A DNA stretch of 64,000 nt, from positions 113,663 through 177,662 of the forward strand of contig CAWJBN010000005.1 of assembly GCA_963841175.1 (NCBI GenBank), in the 5' to 3' direction. Positions within the stretch are counted from its first letter, which is position 1. Each line of letters opens with the position of its first letter. Shown here in pieces: positions 1-10,853 of the stretch. A program made the translations under genes and the position numbers. Origin of the DNA: an uncultured Actinomycetes bacterium. GTDB lineage: Bacteria; Actinomycetota; Thermoleophilia; Gaiellales; Gaiellaceae. The notes beneath the pieces are model-generated. The model ran no database searches. It was not told the origin of the DNA and saw only the letters and a program-made list of their open reading frames with translations.

Positions 1-366
1 GAACCACACGAGAAGCGGCACCGACCCGAGGAGAACCGCCTCCCCGAGGATGCAGAAGAGGACGCCCGCGATCATCGGATTGCGCACGTGCCGATACGGG
101 CCATGGACGACCAGCCTCGAGGTTGGATCCCACGGCGCGAGGGTTCCGCGCCCGATCCGCACGAAGAGCGCGATCGTCCAGACCACCAGCGCCCCGCCGA
201 CACCCAAGAGCGCCAGGCCCAGAGCCACCGGCAGGGCCGCGAGCGCACCCTGGAGCCCCCAGCCGACGGAGACCGTGTCGCTACGCGAAACGAGCAGCGC
301 CGGAACCAACACGAGCACCGTCCCGGGCAGGAGGAGGATCGAGAGCGCGTGCCTCAGCGCGCGCAC
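1..366 (-). CDS. Isoprenylcysteine carboxyl methyltransferase / phospholipid methyltransferase-like membrane protein, 5' part only (runs off left edge)
   Basis: Own minus-strand translation from GTG at 366: VRALRHALSILLLPGTVLVLVPALL...RLVVHGPYRHVRNPMIAGVLF. It has hydrophobic segments and the GPYRxVRNPM motif of this family. It is absent from the ORF track because the window edge truncates it. Confidence 0.55.
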   Translation of the reverse strand, partial: MRALRHALSILLLPGTVLVLVPALLVSRSDTVSVGWGLQGALAALPVALGLALLGVGGALVVWTIALFVRIGRGTLAPWDPTSRLVVHGPYRHVRNPMIAGVLFCILGEAVLLGSVPLLVWF

Positions 367-375
367 GACGGAGGC

Positions 376-1014
376 TCAGTCCTCGGAGCCGCCGGAGAGG
401 GCGGTCGCGACACCGAGCCCTAGGTACACCGTCCCCGTGACGTAGCGCTGGCCGCGGGCGAAGCGGCGCGAGCGCTGCAGCACGCCTCCCGCGGTCCCGG
501 CCGCGAGCGCCCACAGCGAGTCGGTGACGAGCCCGAGGAGCGCGAAGAGCACGCCGAGGAATGCGATCTGGACGGCCGGGTGCGACGCGTCCGGATCGAC
601 GAACTGCGGCAGGAAGGCGAGGAAGAAGAGCGCGGTCTTCGGGTTCAGGACGTTGACGACGATGCCCTGCGCGAAGGCACGGCGGAGGTTCCGCTCACCC
701 CCGAGCGCAACCTCCGGCTCCGCGCGGCGCGCGAAGAGCGTCCACAGGCCGAGACCGACCAGGTAGACGGCACCCGCGATCTTGACCGCCGTGAACGCGA
801 CCGCCGAGGAGACGACGAGCGCGGAGAGCCCGACCGTCGCGGCCGCGATGTGCACGAGAGTCCCGACGTGGATTCCCAGCACCGAGACGAGGCCCGCGCG
901 ACGGCCCTGGTGAATCGACCGCGCGACGATGTAGACGACGGCCGGGCCGGGCACGACCAGGAGTGCCAGCGCCGCGACGACGAAGACTGCGAGGCTCGAG
1001 ACGTCGGGAATCAC
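376..1014 (-). CDS. LysE/RhtB family amino-acid efflux translocator
   Basis: 212-aa ORF with multiple TM segments and an N-terminal LLVVPGPAVVYIVARS signature typical of LysE-type exporters. Confidence 0.85.
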   Translation of the reverse strand: MIPDVSSLAVFVVAALALLVVPGPAVVYIVARSIHQGRRAGLVSVLGIHVGTLVHIAAATVGLSALVVSSAVAFTAVKIAGAVYLVGLGLWTLFARRAEPEVALGGERNLRRAFAQGIVVNVLNPKTALFFLAFLPQFVDPDASHPAVQIAFLGVLFALLGLVTDSLWALAAGTAGGVLQRSRRFARGQRYVTGTVYLGLGVATALSGGSED

Positions 1015-1018
1015 CGGA

Positions 1019-1768
1019 TCACCGGTTGAGCTCCCAGACGAGGCGTAGCCCGTCGAGCGTCAGGAAGGGGTCGACGGTCTCGATCGTGCGCGTGTGCGGC
1101 GCGACGAGCTCGGCGAGGCCTCCCGTCGCCACTGCCGGCGCCTCGGCCTCGAGCTCCTCGCGAATCCGCCCGACGATCCCGTCCACCTGGCCGGCGAAGC
1201 CGTACACGAGGCCCGACTGGAGCCCGCCCACGGTCGTCTTCCCGATCACCGTCGGCGGCGCCGTGTAGTCGACCTTGACCAGCCGCGCGGCCCGCGCGAA
1301 GAGCGCATCCATCGAGATCTCGATCCCCGGCGCGAGCACGCCGCCGACGTACTCTCCCTCCGGCGAGACGACGTCGAAGTTCGTGGACGTGCCGAAGTCG
1401 ACCACGATGACCGGGGCGCCGTAGCGCTCCTTGGCTGCGACCGAGTTCACGATCCGGTCCGGCCCGACCTCGCGCGGGTCGTCGTAGCGGATCGGGATCC
1501 CGGTCTTGACACCGGGGCCGACCGCGAGGAGCGGCGCCTGCGCCCACTTCGCGGCAAGGATCTCCCACTCGCGCACGAGGACCGGCACCGTGCACGAGAG
1601 GCAGATCCCGTCGACGGAATCGAGCTCGAGGAGCCCGCCGAGGACGACTCCGAGCTCGTCCGCGGTCGTCGAGCGCTCCGTCGCCAGCCGCCAGTGGTCC
1701 GTGAGCTCACCGCCCGCGTAGAGCCCGAGCACCGTCTGCGTGTTGCCGACGTCGACCGCGAGGAGCAT
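1019..1768 (-). CDS. coaX: Type III pantothenate kinase
   Basis: 249-aa ORF. MLLAVDVGNTQTVLGLY N-terminus (ASKHA fold phosphate-1 motif) and overall CoaX-like sequence. Confidence 0.9.
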   Translation of the reverse strand: MLLAVDVGNTQTVLGLYAGGELTDHWRLATERSTTADELGVVLGGLLELDSVDGICLSCTVPVLVREWEILAAKWAQAPLLAVGPGVKTGIPIRYDDPREVGPDRIVNSVAAKERYGAPVIVVDFGTSTNFDVVSPEGEYVGGVLAPGIEISMDALFARAARLVKVDYTAPPTVIGKTTVGGLQSGLVYGFAGQVDGIVGRIREELEAEAPAVATGGLAELVAPHTRTIETVDPFLTLDGLRLVWELNR

Positions 1769-1773
1769 CGCGC

Positions 1774-1831
1774 TAGTGAATCAGAGGGCCAGTGGGTCGG
1801 AGCCCTTGTGAATCGAAGCCCCTAGTGAAAC
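1774..1831. repeat. Three copies of TWGTGAAWC (GATTCACTA-like on the coaX strand) in the coaX upstream spacer
   Basis: TAGTGAATC at 1774-1782, TTGTGAATC at 1806-1814 and TAGTGAAAC at 1823-1831, each preceded by a C-run. They lie in the 237-nt spacer between the DUF2469 gene and coaX. Confidence 0.3.
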
Positions 1832-1930
1832 CAAGCGGAGTGCGCTAGGCTTGAGGTGCCTATCCCGACCGCTCTTGCTGCGGCCGGCGACCTGGATTCG
1901 GGCAGGGGAGGGATGGGGCAAACCGCAGGA

Positions 1931-1950
1931 AGGGCCACCTTGGTGGCCCT
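1931..1950 (-). terminator. Perfect hairpin downstream of the DUF2469 gene (putative terminator)
   Basis: AGGGCCACC-TT-GGTGGCCCT palindrome. On the minus strand it is followed by CCUGCGGUUUG, a weak U tract. Confidence 0.3.
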
Positions 1951-2005
1951 TGGTCTTGGCCAGGAGGCCGCGCCTCTCCCTTTGGAGGGACTCGCGTCGT
2001 CCCCT

Positions 2006-2374
2006 TTAGAGCGACTCGTCGTCGCCCGGGAACTGCTGCCCGATGCGCTCGGCGAGCGCCTCGGCGGTGAGATGCGGCTCCTCGCCCTCGCCGCGCAGCT
2101 CTTCGATCGTCACGTCGCCGGACGTGTAGACCTCGGCGCGCGGGATCATCCTCGTCGGGCGGTTCTTGTCCCAGACCCAGACGTCCTCCATCCGGATGTG
2201 GAAGAAGGGGTAGCTCGCCTGCGGCATGGACTCGACGTCGAGGCGGTTGCAGAGGTACGTCGCGTCCTGCGTGAGGATGCAGTAGCGGAAGAGCGCGAAG
2301 ACCGCCGAGTACTCCCGCTTGAGGGAGATCTCGAGCTCGGCCTCGTATTCGTCGAGATCGTCGAGGTTCGACAT
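2006..2374 (-). CDS. DUF2469 domain-containing protein
   Basis: 122-aa ORF. The N-terminus DLDEYEAELEISLKREYSAVFALFRYCI... and ...EDVWVWDKNRP resemble the conserved actinobacterial DUF2469 family (the Rv2901c type, from memory). Confidence 0.75.
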   Translation of the reverse strand: MSNLDDLDEYEAELEISLKREYSAVFALFRYCILTQDATYLCNRLDVESMPQASYPFFHIRMEDVWVWDKNRPTRMIPRAEVYTSGDVTIEELRGEGEEPHLTAEALAERIGQQFPGDDESL

Positions 2375-2380
2375 GGGGCG

Positions 2381-2839
2381 TCAGTGTAGCTCTGCCAGCG
2401 CCGTCGAGACCTTCCCGCGCCCCGGAATCTCGAGCTCGGGCTCCAACTCGGCCAGCGGCTCCAGCGCAAAACGGCGCTCGTGGAGGCGAGGGTGGGGCAC
2501 CGTCAGCCCGGGCTCGTCGACCACCTCGTCGGCGTAGAGCAGGAGATCGAGGTCGATCGTCCGCGGCCCCCAGCGCTCGCCGGTCCGCATCCGTCCGAGC
2601 TCGCGCTCGACGCGTAGGAGAGCGTCGAGGAGCTCGCGCGCCGGAAGCGTGGTCTCGAGCGCGACGGCGCCGTTCACGAACGCCGGCTGGTCGGTGATCC
2701 CGACGGGCTCGGTCTCCCTCAGCGAGGAGAGCTCGAGCACGTCGATCCCCGGCTCGGCGGCGAGCAGGTCGACCGCGCGGAGAATCGTCGCCTCGCGCGG
2801 TCCGAGGTTGGCGCCGAGACCGACGTACGCGCGCGCCAC
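2381..2839 (-). CDS. folK: 2-amino-4-hydroxy-6-hydroxymethyldihydropteridine diphosphokinase
   Basis: 152-aa ORF with AYVGLGANLG start and TIDLDLLLY and PHPRLHERRFAL motifs typical of HPPK. It sits in the fol operon context. Confidence 0.9.
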   Translation of the reverse strand: MARAYVGLGANLGPREATILRAVDLLAAEPGIDVLELSSLRETEPVGITDQPAFVNGAVALETTLPARELLDALLRVERELGRMRTGERWGPRTIDLDLLLYADEVVDEPGLTVPHPRLHERRFALEPLAELEPELEIPGRGKVSTALAELH

Positions 2840-2848
2840 GGTCGGTAC

Positions 2849-3205
2849 CTAGGCGCGGCGGCGCTCGAGAATGACGGCCGCGTGCTCCACCGGCGGGTCG
2901 AGCACGACGTCCGGCTTGCGCACCCGCACGCGCACCTCGAGTGCGCCCGGGAACCGCTCGATGACGCCGTCCGCGACGGCCCCGGCCAGGCCCTCGAGCA
3001 GCAGCTTCTCGGGGCCGGCGAACGTCTCGCGCACGAGCGCGGCGAGGTGTCGGTAGTCCACCGTGTGGTCGATGTCGTCGCTCTTGGCCGCCTCCTCGTC
3101 CACATCCACCCAGAGATCAACGAGGAAACGCTGTCCCAGCCGGCGCTCCGCTTCCAGGTAGCCGTGGTGGCCGAACACGACGAGGCTCAGCAATTCGATC
3201 GTCAT
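2849..3205 (-). CDS. folB: Dihydroneopterin aldolase
   Basis: C-terminal 118 aa of the 415-aa track ORF, starting at MTIELLSLVVFGHHGYLEAERRLGQRFLVDL. The ATG at 3205 overlaps the folP stop (ATGA). Confidence 0.9.
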   Translation of the reverse strand: MTIELLSLVVFGHHGYLEAERRLGQRFLVDLWVDVDEEAAKSDDIDHTVDYRHLAALVRETFAGPEKLLLEGLAGAVADGVIERFPGALEVRVRVRKPDVVLDPPVEHAAVILERRRA

Positions 3206-4110
3206 GCCGTGATCTTGCCTCGTTCGACGGCTCCCGCGACCGCAAGCGCCTCCACCGTCTCGCGAACGTCGTGCGCGCGCAGCATCCACGCGCCCCGCTC
3301 GAACGCCGCCACGGCCGCTGCAAGCGAGGCCGCGAGCGAGCCGACCTTCCCCTCGTGATCTCCCACCACGCGCGCGAGCGTGCTCTTCCGCGAGAAGCCG
3401 ACGACGACCGGGCGTCCGAGCGCGACCAGCGAGTCGAGGCGGCGGATCAGCTCCAGGTTCTGGTCCGGCGTCTTGCCGAAGCCGATGCCCGGATCCACAC
3501 AGATCCGCTCCTCGCCGATGCCGGACTCGACCGCGAACGCGACGCGCTCCTCGAGAAACGCGAACACTTCGGCCGCGACGTCGTCGTACTGGGGAGCAGC
3601 CTGCATCGTCCGCGGCATTCCCTGCATGTGCATGAGACACACATACGCGCCCGCCTCGGCGACCACCCCGGCCAGCTCGGGATCGCCGCGAAGCGCCGTC
3701 ACGTCGTTGACGAGCTCCGCGCCGGCCTCGAGCGCGCGGCGCGCAACCGCCGCCTTGGACGTGTCGATCGACAGCGGGACTCCCGCGAGACCCTCGAGCA
3801 CCGGGACGACGCGACGGAGCTCCTCGTCCGCGTCGACCGCCTCCGCGCCAGGCCTCGTCGACTCGCCGCCGACGTCCACCAGCGCGGCACCTTCCGCAAC
3901 CAGCCGGCGGCCGTGCGCGACAGCTTCCGAAACAGACGCGAACTGTCCACCATCGGAGAAACTGTCCGGTGTGACGTTCAGGACGCCCATCACCGAAGGA
4001 CGCGGCCAGCGCTCCTCGATCGGGATCCGCGGTGCGCTCACGGCGGTGAGGGTAGCGCCGCTGCCCGCATCCGTGACATTCTCCCGCGATGAGCACACAA
4101 GCAGCAGCAA
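3202..4110 (-). CDS. folP: Dihydropteroate synthase
   Basis: GVLNVTPDSFSDGG motif and a pterin-binding fold sequence. The true start may be the internal GTG at 4041 (VSAPRIPIEERW...), because the longest ORF overlaps the divergent gene at 4089. Confidence 0.9.
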   Translation of the reverse strand: MLLLVCSSRENVTDAGSGATLTAVSAPRIPIEERWPRPSVMGVLNVTPDSFSDGGQFASVSEAVAHGRRLVAEGAALVDVGGESTRPGAEAVDADEELRRVVPVLEGLAGVPLSIDTSKAAVARRALEAGAELVNDVTALRGDPELAGVVAEAGAYVCLMHMQGMPRTMQAAPQYDDVAAEVFAFLEERVAFAVESGIGEERICVDPGIGFGKTPDQNLELIRRLDSLVALGRPVVVGFSRKSTLARVVGDHEGKVGSLAASLAAAVAAFERGAWMLRAHDVRETVEALAVAGAVERGKITA

Positions 4111-4511
4111 CAGCGACAGGGCCGCTCGGTCAGCGGCGCGGGGTCGGGTTCGTGATCCTGCTCACCATCGTCACGCTCGGCATCTACAGCCTCTACTGGG
4201 TCTTCAAGACGCAGGAGGAGACGAAGCAGCACACAGGCGACGGCCTCGGAGGCGTCCTCGGGCTCGTGATCTGGATCCTCGTGCTCCCGGTGAGCGCGTT
4301 CGTGATCCCGTCCGAGGTCGGCAAGATGTACGCGAAGAGCGGGAGGGTGTCGCCGATCAACGGCTGGACCGGGCTCTGGCTGTTCCCGTTCGGCGTCTTC
4401 ATCATCCCGATCTTCGTGTGGTACGCGAAGGTGCAGGGCGCGCTCAACCGGTACTGGGAGAGCGCCGCGATGGCCTCCGCGCCGATGAACGAGCCGGGCG
4501 TCCAGCAGTAG
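4089..4511 (+). CDS. DUF4234 domain-containing membrane protein
   Basis: 140-aa ORF with TM segments and the GIYSLYWVFK motif characteristic of DUF4234. Confidence 0.65.
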   Translation: MSTQAAATATGPLGQRRGVGFVILLTIVTLGIYSLYWVFKTQEETKQHTGDGLGGVLGLVIWILVLPVSAFVIPSEVGKMYAKSGRVSPINGWTGLWLFPFGVFIIPIFVWYAKVQGALNRYWESAAMASAPMNEPGVQQ

Positions 4512-4523
4512 CTCGGGAAGTCG

Positions 4524-5444
4524 ATGCGCGGTAACGGGCGGGCCCTCGTCCCCGCCCTCGTGGTGCTGGGGCTCGTGGGCGTGGTCGCGGTGGCGGCGAC
4601 CGGCAGGACGTCCACGGGCACGGACGAGTCGCGCCCCCCGGCGGCGTGGGTTCTCGACACCTTCCTGAGCTTCGGCATCGTCATGGTCATCCCGGCCGTC
4701 GCGTTGCTCGTCTACGGCCTCCTGCAGCGCAAGGACATCAGGAGAGAGGCGGCCGCCATGCCCTACAAACGTCGCAGCTTCGCCACCTACCTCGTGCTGA
4801 TGGCGCTCTTCGCCGGCGTCACCTTCTACCGGCTCCACAACTGGGAGCGCACCCCGTTCGAGGATGGGATCCAGGACGCGTTCGCGAACGGCGAGACCAC
4901 ACCGATCGAGCCGACCCCGACCGGGGGCACGATCTACGAGCCGCAGTTCACGTGGATTCCGCTCCTCGTCCTGGGCGCGCTCGTGGTGATCGGGGTCGCG
5001 GTGGCGATACTCGTCGCTCGGCGCCGCGAGCCGATCTCGCAGGAGGAGATCATCGCGAGAGAGCTGGCAATCGCCCTCGACGACAGCCTCGACGCCCTTC
5101 GCGCCGAGCCGGATCCGCGCAAGGCCGTGATCGCCGCCTACGCTCGGCTCGAGCGCGTGCTCGCGGCGCACAAGCTCGAACGGCTGGAGTCGGAGACCCC
5201 GAACGAGTACCTGGCGAGGATCCTCGAGGACCTCGACGTGGAGCGACGGTCGGTCCACCGGCTCACCGACCTCTTCACCGAGGCGAAGTTCTCCAGCCAC
5301 GCGGTCGACGCTGCGATGAAGGACGACGCGATCGAGGCGCTCACGACCGTGCGAGACGAGCTCCGCGCCCGCCGTGAGGCGGCGCAGGCGGCGCCGCCCC
5401 CCTCCCTGGCGCTCGAGGCCGAGGCTGGCGGAGCCAAGCCGTGA
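4524..5444 (+). CDS. DUF4129 domain-containing membrane protein
   Basis: 306-aa ORF with N-terminal signal/TM, internal TMs and a C-terminal ...TPNEYLARILED...LFTEAKFSSHAV... DUF4129-like region. It lies directly upstream of MoxR/DUF58. Confidence 0.65.
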   Translation: MRGNGRALVPALVVLGLVGVVAVAATGRTSTGTDESRPPAAWVLDTFLSFGIVMVIPAVALLVYGLLQRKDIRREAAAMPYKRRSFATYLVLMALFAGVTFYRLHNWERTPFEDGIQDAFANGETTPIEPTPTGGTIYEPQFTWIPLLVLGALVVIGVAVAILVARRREPISQEEIIARELAIALDDSLDALRAEPDPRKAVIAAYARLERVLAAHKLERLESETPNEYLARILEDLDVERRSVHRLTDLFTEAKFSSHAVDAAMKDDAIEALTTVRDELRARREAAQAAPPPSLALEAEAGGAKP

Positions 5445-5950
5445 GGCGGGACGTCTTCAGGGCACTGCGGTTCCTGCTCTACCCCACGCTGGCCGCCCTC
5501 ATCGTCGCAGCCTTCCTGCCCGGACGGCTCGGTCTCGCCGCGCGGGCCTACGCGCTCCTGCTGTGCGCGGTCACGCTCGTGCTCGTGGTTGCCGCGTTGC
5601 GGCGCGCGTACCCGCCTGCCACGCCGCTTCGTCACGGCCAGGGACGGAAGGGCGGCTCGCAGCGACCCGGCAACCTCGCCCGGCTGGAGCACCTGTGCGC
5701 CCTCGGCATCGCGGGGTCGTTCGACCTCCACCACCACCTCCGGCCGCGACTCCGTACCATCGCGCAGGGATTGCTCACCACGAGGACCCGCATATCGCTC
5801 GACGCCGAGCCCGAAGCCGCTCGCGCAGCGCTCGGCGCGGAGGCCTACGAGCTGGTGCGTCACGACCGTCCTCCGCCCCAGGACCGGCTTGCACGCGGGC
5901 TGCCTGCGGCCGAGCTCGAGCGCGTCGTCCACTCGCTGGAGAGCGTGTGA
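5441..5950 (+). CDS. Hypothetical membrane protein of the MoxR/DUF58 cluster
   Basis: 169-aa ORF with two N-terminal TM segments. Its start overlaps the preceding stop (ATGA) and its stop overlaps the MoxR ATG (TGATG). Confidence 0.5.
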   Translation: MRRDVFRALRFLLYPTLAALIVAAFLPGRLGLAARAYALLLCAVTLVLVVAALRRAYPPATPLRHGQGRKGGSQRPGNLARLEHLCALGIAGSFDLHHHLRPRLRTIAQGLLTTRTRISLDAEPEAARAALGAEAYELVRHDRPPPQDRLARGLPAAELERVVHSLESV

Positions 5951-6918
5951 TGCAGCTCGAGCGCGTGCAGGAGGTCGGCGCGGAGGCGCTCGACGAGGTC
6001 GAGCGCGCGGTCATCGGGAAGCGCGAGCCGCTCGAGCTCGTTCTCGTCGGCTTCCTCGCCGACGGGCACGTCCTGCTCGAGGACTATCCCGGCCTCGCGA
6101 AGACGCTCGCGGCCCGCTGCTTCGCGCAGGTGCTGACAATGCGCTTCTCGCGCATCCAGTTCACGCCCGACCTCATGCCGTCCGACGTGACCGGCTCGTC
6201 GATCTGGAACCAGCGCGACGCGGACTTCGAGTTCCGGCCCGGCCCGATCTTCACGAACCTCCTCCTCGCCGACGAGATCAACCGCGCCCCGCCGAAGACG
6301 CAGGCGGCGCTGCTCGAGGCGATGCAGGAGCAGCAGGTCACGATCGAGGGCGAGACGCATAGGTTCGAGCGACCGTTTCTCGTGATCGCAACGCAAAACC
6401 CCATCGAGTACGAGGGCACGTACCCGCTTCCGGAGGCCCAGCTCGACCGGTTCATTCTGCGCACCGCCTTCGGCTACCCGGAGCGCGAGGACGAGCTCGA
6501 GGTGCTGAGCCGCCGGATCGAGCGCCAGACCGACGAGGTCGAGCTCCGGCCGGTCGTCGACCGCGAGACGCTGCTCGCGATGCAGCGCGCCGTCGAGCAG
6601 GTGTACGTCGCGGAGAGCATCCAGGCCTACTGCGTCGACCTCGTCTCCGCGACCCGCACGTCGCAGAGGGTCGCGGTCGGCGCGAGCCCGCGCGGGACGC
6701 TCGCGCTGCTCAAGCTCGCGCGCTGCAAGGCCGCGCTCGCCGGTCGCGACCACGTGCTGCCCGACGACGTCAAGGCGATCGCAGTGCCCGCCCTCGGCCA
6801 CCGCCTCGTCCTGAACCCGGAGCTCTGGGTGCAGAGGGTCTCGGCTGACGACGTCGTCCGGGACGTCGTCGCGGGCGTCCCCACCCCGCGCGCCGAGGAC
6901 CTCACCGCAGTTCAGTGA
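5950..6918 (+). CDS. MoxR family AAA+ ATPase
   Basis: 322 aa from MQLERVQEVGAEAL inside the 514-aa track ORF. Motifs GHVLLEDYPGLAKT (Walker A-like), LLADEINRAPPKTQAALLEAMQE (Walker B/sensor) and ATQNPIEYEGTYPLPEAQLDRF. Confidence 0.9.
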   Translation: MQLERVQEVGAEALDEVERAVIGKREPLELVLVGFLADGHVLLEDYPGLAKTLAARCFAQVLTMRFSRIQFTPDLMPSDVTGSSIWNQRDADFEFRPGPIFTNLLLADEINRAPPKTQAALLEAMQEQQVTIEGETHRFERPFLVIATQNPIEYEGTYPLPEAQLDRFILRTAFGYPEREDELEVLSRRIERQTDEVELRPVVDRETLLAMQRAVEQVYVAESIQAYCVDLVSATRTSQRVAVGASPRGTLALLKLARCKAALAGRDHVLPDDVKAIAVPALGHRLVLNPELWVQRVSADDVVRDVVAGVPTPRAEDLTAVQ

Positions 6919-8189
6919 AGAGGCGCTCGGGCCCGCGTCTCGAGGGGTATGCGGTCCTCGTCGGCGCCGGTCTCGTCGCCGCGCTCGCGCTCCGCCGGCC
7001 GGAGCTCGCGATCGCCGTCGCGCCGCTCGCACTCCTGCTCGTCCTCGCGACCACGGGCGCCCGAGACCCGCAGGTCGAGGTCGGCTTCTCGCTCGACACG
7101 AGCCGCAGCGTCGAAGGCGCCGACGTCGTCGCCGAGCTCACTCTCCGCGCAGCGACGGGCGTCGACCAGCTCCAGCTCCTGCTCGAGCTCCCGCAGGGCC
7201 TCGAGGCGTCCGACGGCGCGGACGCGCGTGCCGTGAGGCTGATCGCAGGCGAGGAGCAGACGCTCACGATCCCCCTCCGCTGCATGCGCTGGGGTGTCTA
7301 CGAAATCGGCGAGATCGAGGTACGCGCGCACGACAGGCTCCGCATCGTCACCTGGGAGGAGCGCGTCGAGCACCGGGTGGAGCTCAAGGTCTACCCGACG
7401 CCGGAGTCGCTCTCGCGGATCATCTCGCCGGTCGAGACGCAGGCGTTCGCCGGAAGCGAGGTCTCGCGGGTCAAGGGCGACGGGATCGAGTACGCGGACA
7501 TCCGCGACTACGTCCCCGGCGACCGCCTGCGCGCGATCAACTGGCGCGCGTCGGCGCGGCGGGGCACGCTCGTCGTCAACGAGCGCCACCCTGAGCGGAA
7601 CACGGACGTCGTGCTCTTCGTCGACAGCTTCGTCGACCTGCGCGGCCCGCAGCGGAGCACGCTCGACGACGCGGTGCGCGCCACCGCGTCGCTGGCAGCC
7701 CTCTACCTCGAGCGGCGCGACCGGGTCGGGCTCGTGTCGTTCGGCGGCATCCTGCGCTGGCTCCAGCCCGGGCTGGGGCCGATGCAGCGCTACCGGCTGA
7801 TCGAGACGCTGCTCGAGACGGGCATCGCGCCCGACTACACCTGGCGCGACGTGAACCGCATCCCGCCCAGGATCCTTCCACCGAAGGCGCTCGTGCTCGG
7901 CATCACGCCGCTCGTCGACCCGCGCTTCACGACCGCGCTCGAGAACCTGCGCGCGCGTGGCTTCGACGTCGCGACGATCGAGATCGACCCGGTCGGCTTC
8001 GTCGAGCCCGGACGGTCGGACGTCGAGAAGCTCGCACATCGCCTCTGGCTCCTCGAGCGAGAGGTCCTGCGCGCCCGCCTCGAGCGCCTCGGGATCGGCA
8101 TCGCGCGCTGGGGTGACGAGGTCTCGCTCGAAGCGGCGCTCGAGGGGGTGAGGACATACAGGCGCTACGCAAGGGTGGCACGCGTCTAG
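6915..8189 (+). CDS. DUF58 domain-containing protein
   Basis: 424-aa ORF. The GTG start overlaps the MoxR stop (GTGA). The DYVPGDRLRAINWRASARRG...VVLFVDS motif is typical of DUF58 partners of MoxR. Confidence 0.85.
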   Translation: MKRRSGPRLEGYAVLVGAGLVAALALRRPELAIAVAPLALLLVLATTGARDPQVEVGFSLDTSRSVEGADVVAELTLRAATGVDQLQLLLELPQGLEASDGADARAVRLIAGEEQTLTIPLRCMRWGVYEIGEIEVRAHDRLRIVTWEERVEHRVELKVYPTPESLSRIISPVETQAFAGSEVSRVKGDGIEYADIRDYVPGDRLRAINWRASARRGTLVVNERHPERNTDVVLFVDSFVDLRGPQRSTLDDAVRATASLAALYLERRDRVGLVSFGGILRWLQPGLGPMQRYRLIETLLETGIAPDYTWRDVNRIPPRILPPKALVLGITPLVDPRFTTALENLRARGFDVATIEIDPVGFVEPGRSDVEKLAHRLWLLEREVLRARLERLGIGIARWGDEVSLEAALEGVRTYRRYARVARV

Positions 8190-8321
8190 CCGCGGGCATC
8201 GGCGCGTTCGTGACGGCGACGGCGCTGACCGCGCTGCCGCTCGCTCGCGGGAGCGACGAGGTCTTCCCGGTCGGCCTGCGGGTCGCGATCGTCGCGCTCC
8301 TCGCCCTCGTCGCGCGCGCTC

Positions 8322-8711
8322 GTGCTCGCCCAGGCGTGGCTCGTCGCGGGCTCGCTGCTCCTGCTCGGAGGCGTCTACGGCATGCAGCTCGCGGTCGACG
8401 ACGCCCCGCTCGACCTCGCGGTCGCCGTCTTCGCCGGCGGCGTCCTGGTGACGGCCGAGCTCGCATACTGGTCGCTCGAGGAGCGGGAGAGCGTCAAGGG
8501 CGAGCCCGGAGACGGCGTCCAGCGGCTGGCCTTCGTCGGATTCCTCGGCGTCGCCGCCGCGGTCATCGCGACAGTGTTGCTCGGGCTCGTGGACACGGTC
8601 CGCGCCCGCGGCCTCGCCGTCGACCTCCTGGGCGCGATGGCGGCCGCGGCCGTGCTGCTCGCCGTCGTCCTGGCCGCCGGCGGGCGCGCGCGAGCGCGTC
8701 CTCGACGGTAG
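8322..8711 (+). CDS. Hypothetical membrane protein (possibly the 3' part of a frameshifted gene starting at 8210)
   Basis: 129-aa ORF with 3-4 TM segments. A TM-like 37-codon ORF from GTG 8210 in the -1 frame abuts it. Together 8210-8711 is 3n+1 nt long. Confidence 0.4.
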   Translation: MLAQAWLVAGSLLLLGGVYGMQLAVDDAPLDLAVAVFAGGVLVTAELAYWSLEERESVKGEPGDGVQRLAFVGFLGVAAAVIATVLLGLVDTVRARGLAVDLLGAMAAAAVLLAVVLAAGGRARARPRR

Positions 8712-8780
8712 CACGGAGCGCCCGAGCACGAGCGCCGCTAGCTTCCCGCGTGGCGTCCGCGAAGCGGACGGAGGCTCTTC

Positions 8781-8819
8781 GCGCGATCAGGATCCCCGCT
8801 CGGCGATCCTGATCTGCGC
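8781..8819. terminator. Inverted repeat between convergent genes (putative bidirectional terminator)
   Basis: GATCAGGATC (8785-8794) and GATCCTGATC (8804-8813) with GC extension. A second small hairpin CGTCCGC-GAA-GCGGACG lies at 8754-8770. Confidence 0.35.
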
Positions 8820-8820
8820 A

Positions 8821-10810
<1,990 letters not shown>

Positions 10811-10853
10811 CCAAGCGCCGGGACCTGTGCCTCGTTAGGGCGCAGTTGTCGCG

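Noticed and set aside
6912-8729. Very long antisense or out-of-frame ORFs. Examples are 6912-8729(-) 605 aa, 4038-5300(-), 24510-26219(-), 32926-35679(-) 917 aa, 60612-62042(+), 61945-63996(+) and 3380-4534(+).
   Set aside because: They are Arg/Pro/Gly/Ala-rich translations lying opposite or out of frame to genes with clear family motifs. This is the expected stop-codon-poor artefact of a genome at about 70% GC. None shows a recognisable domain.
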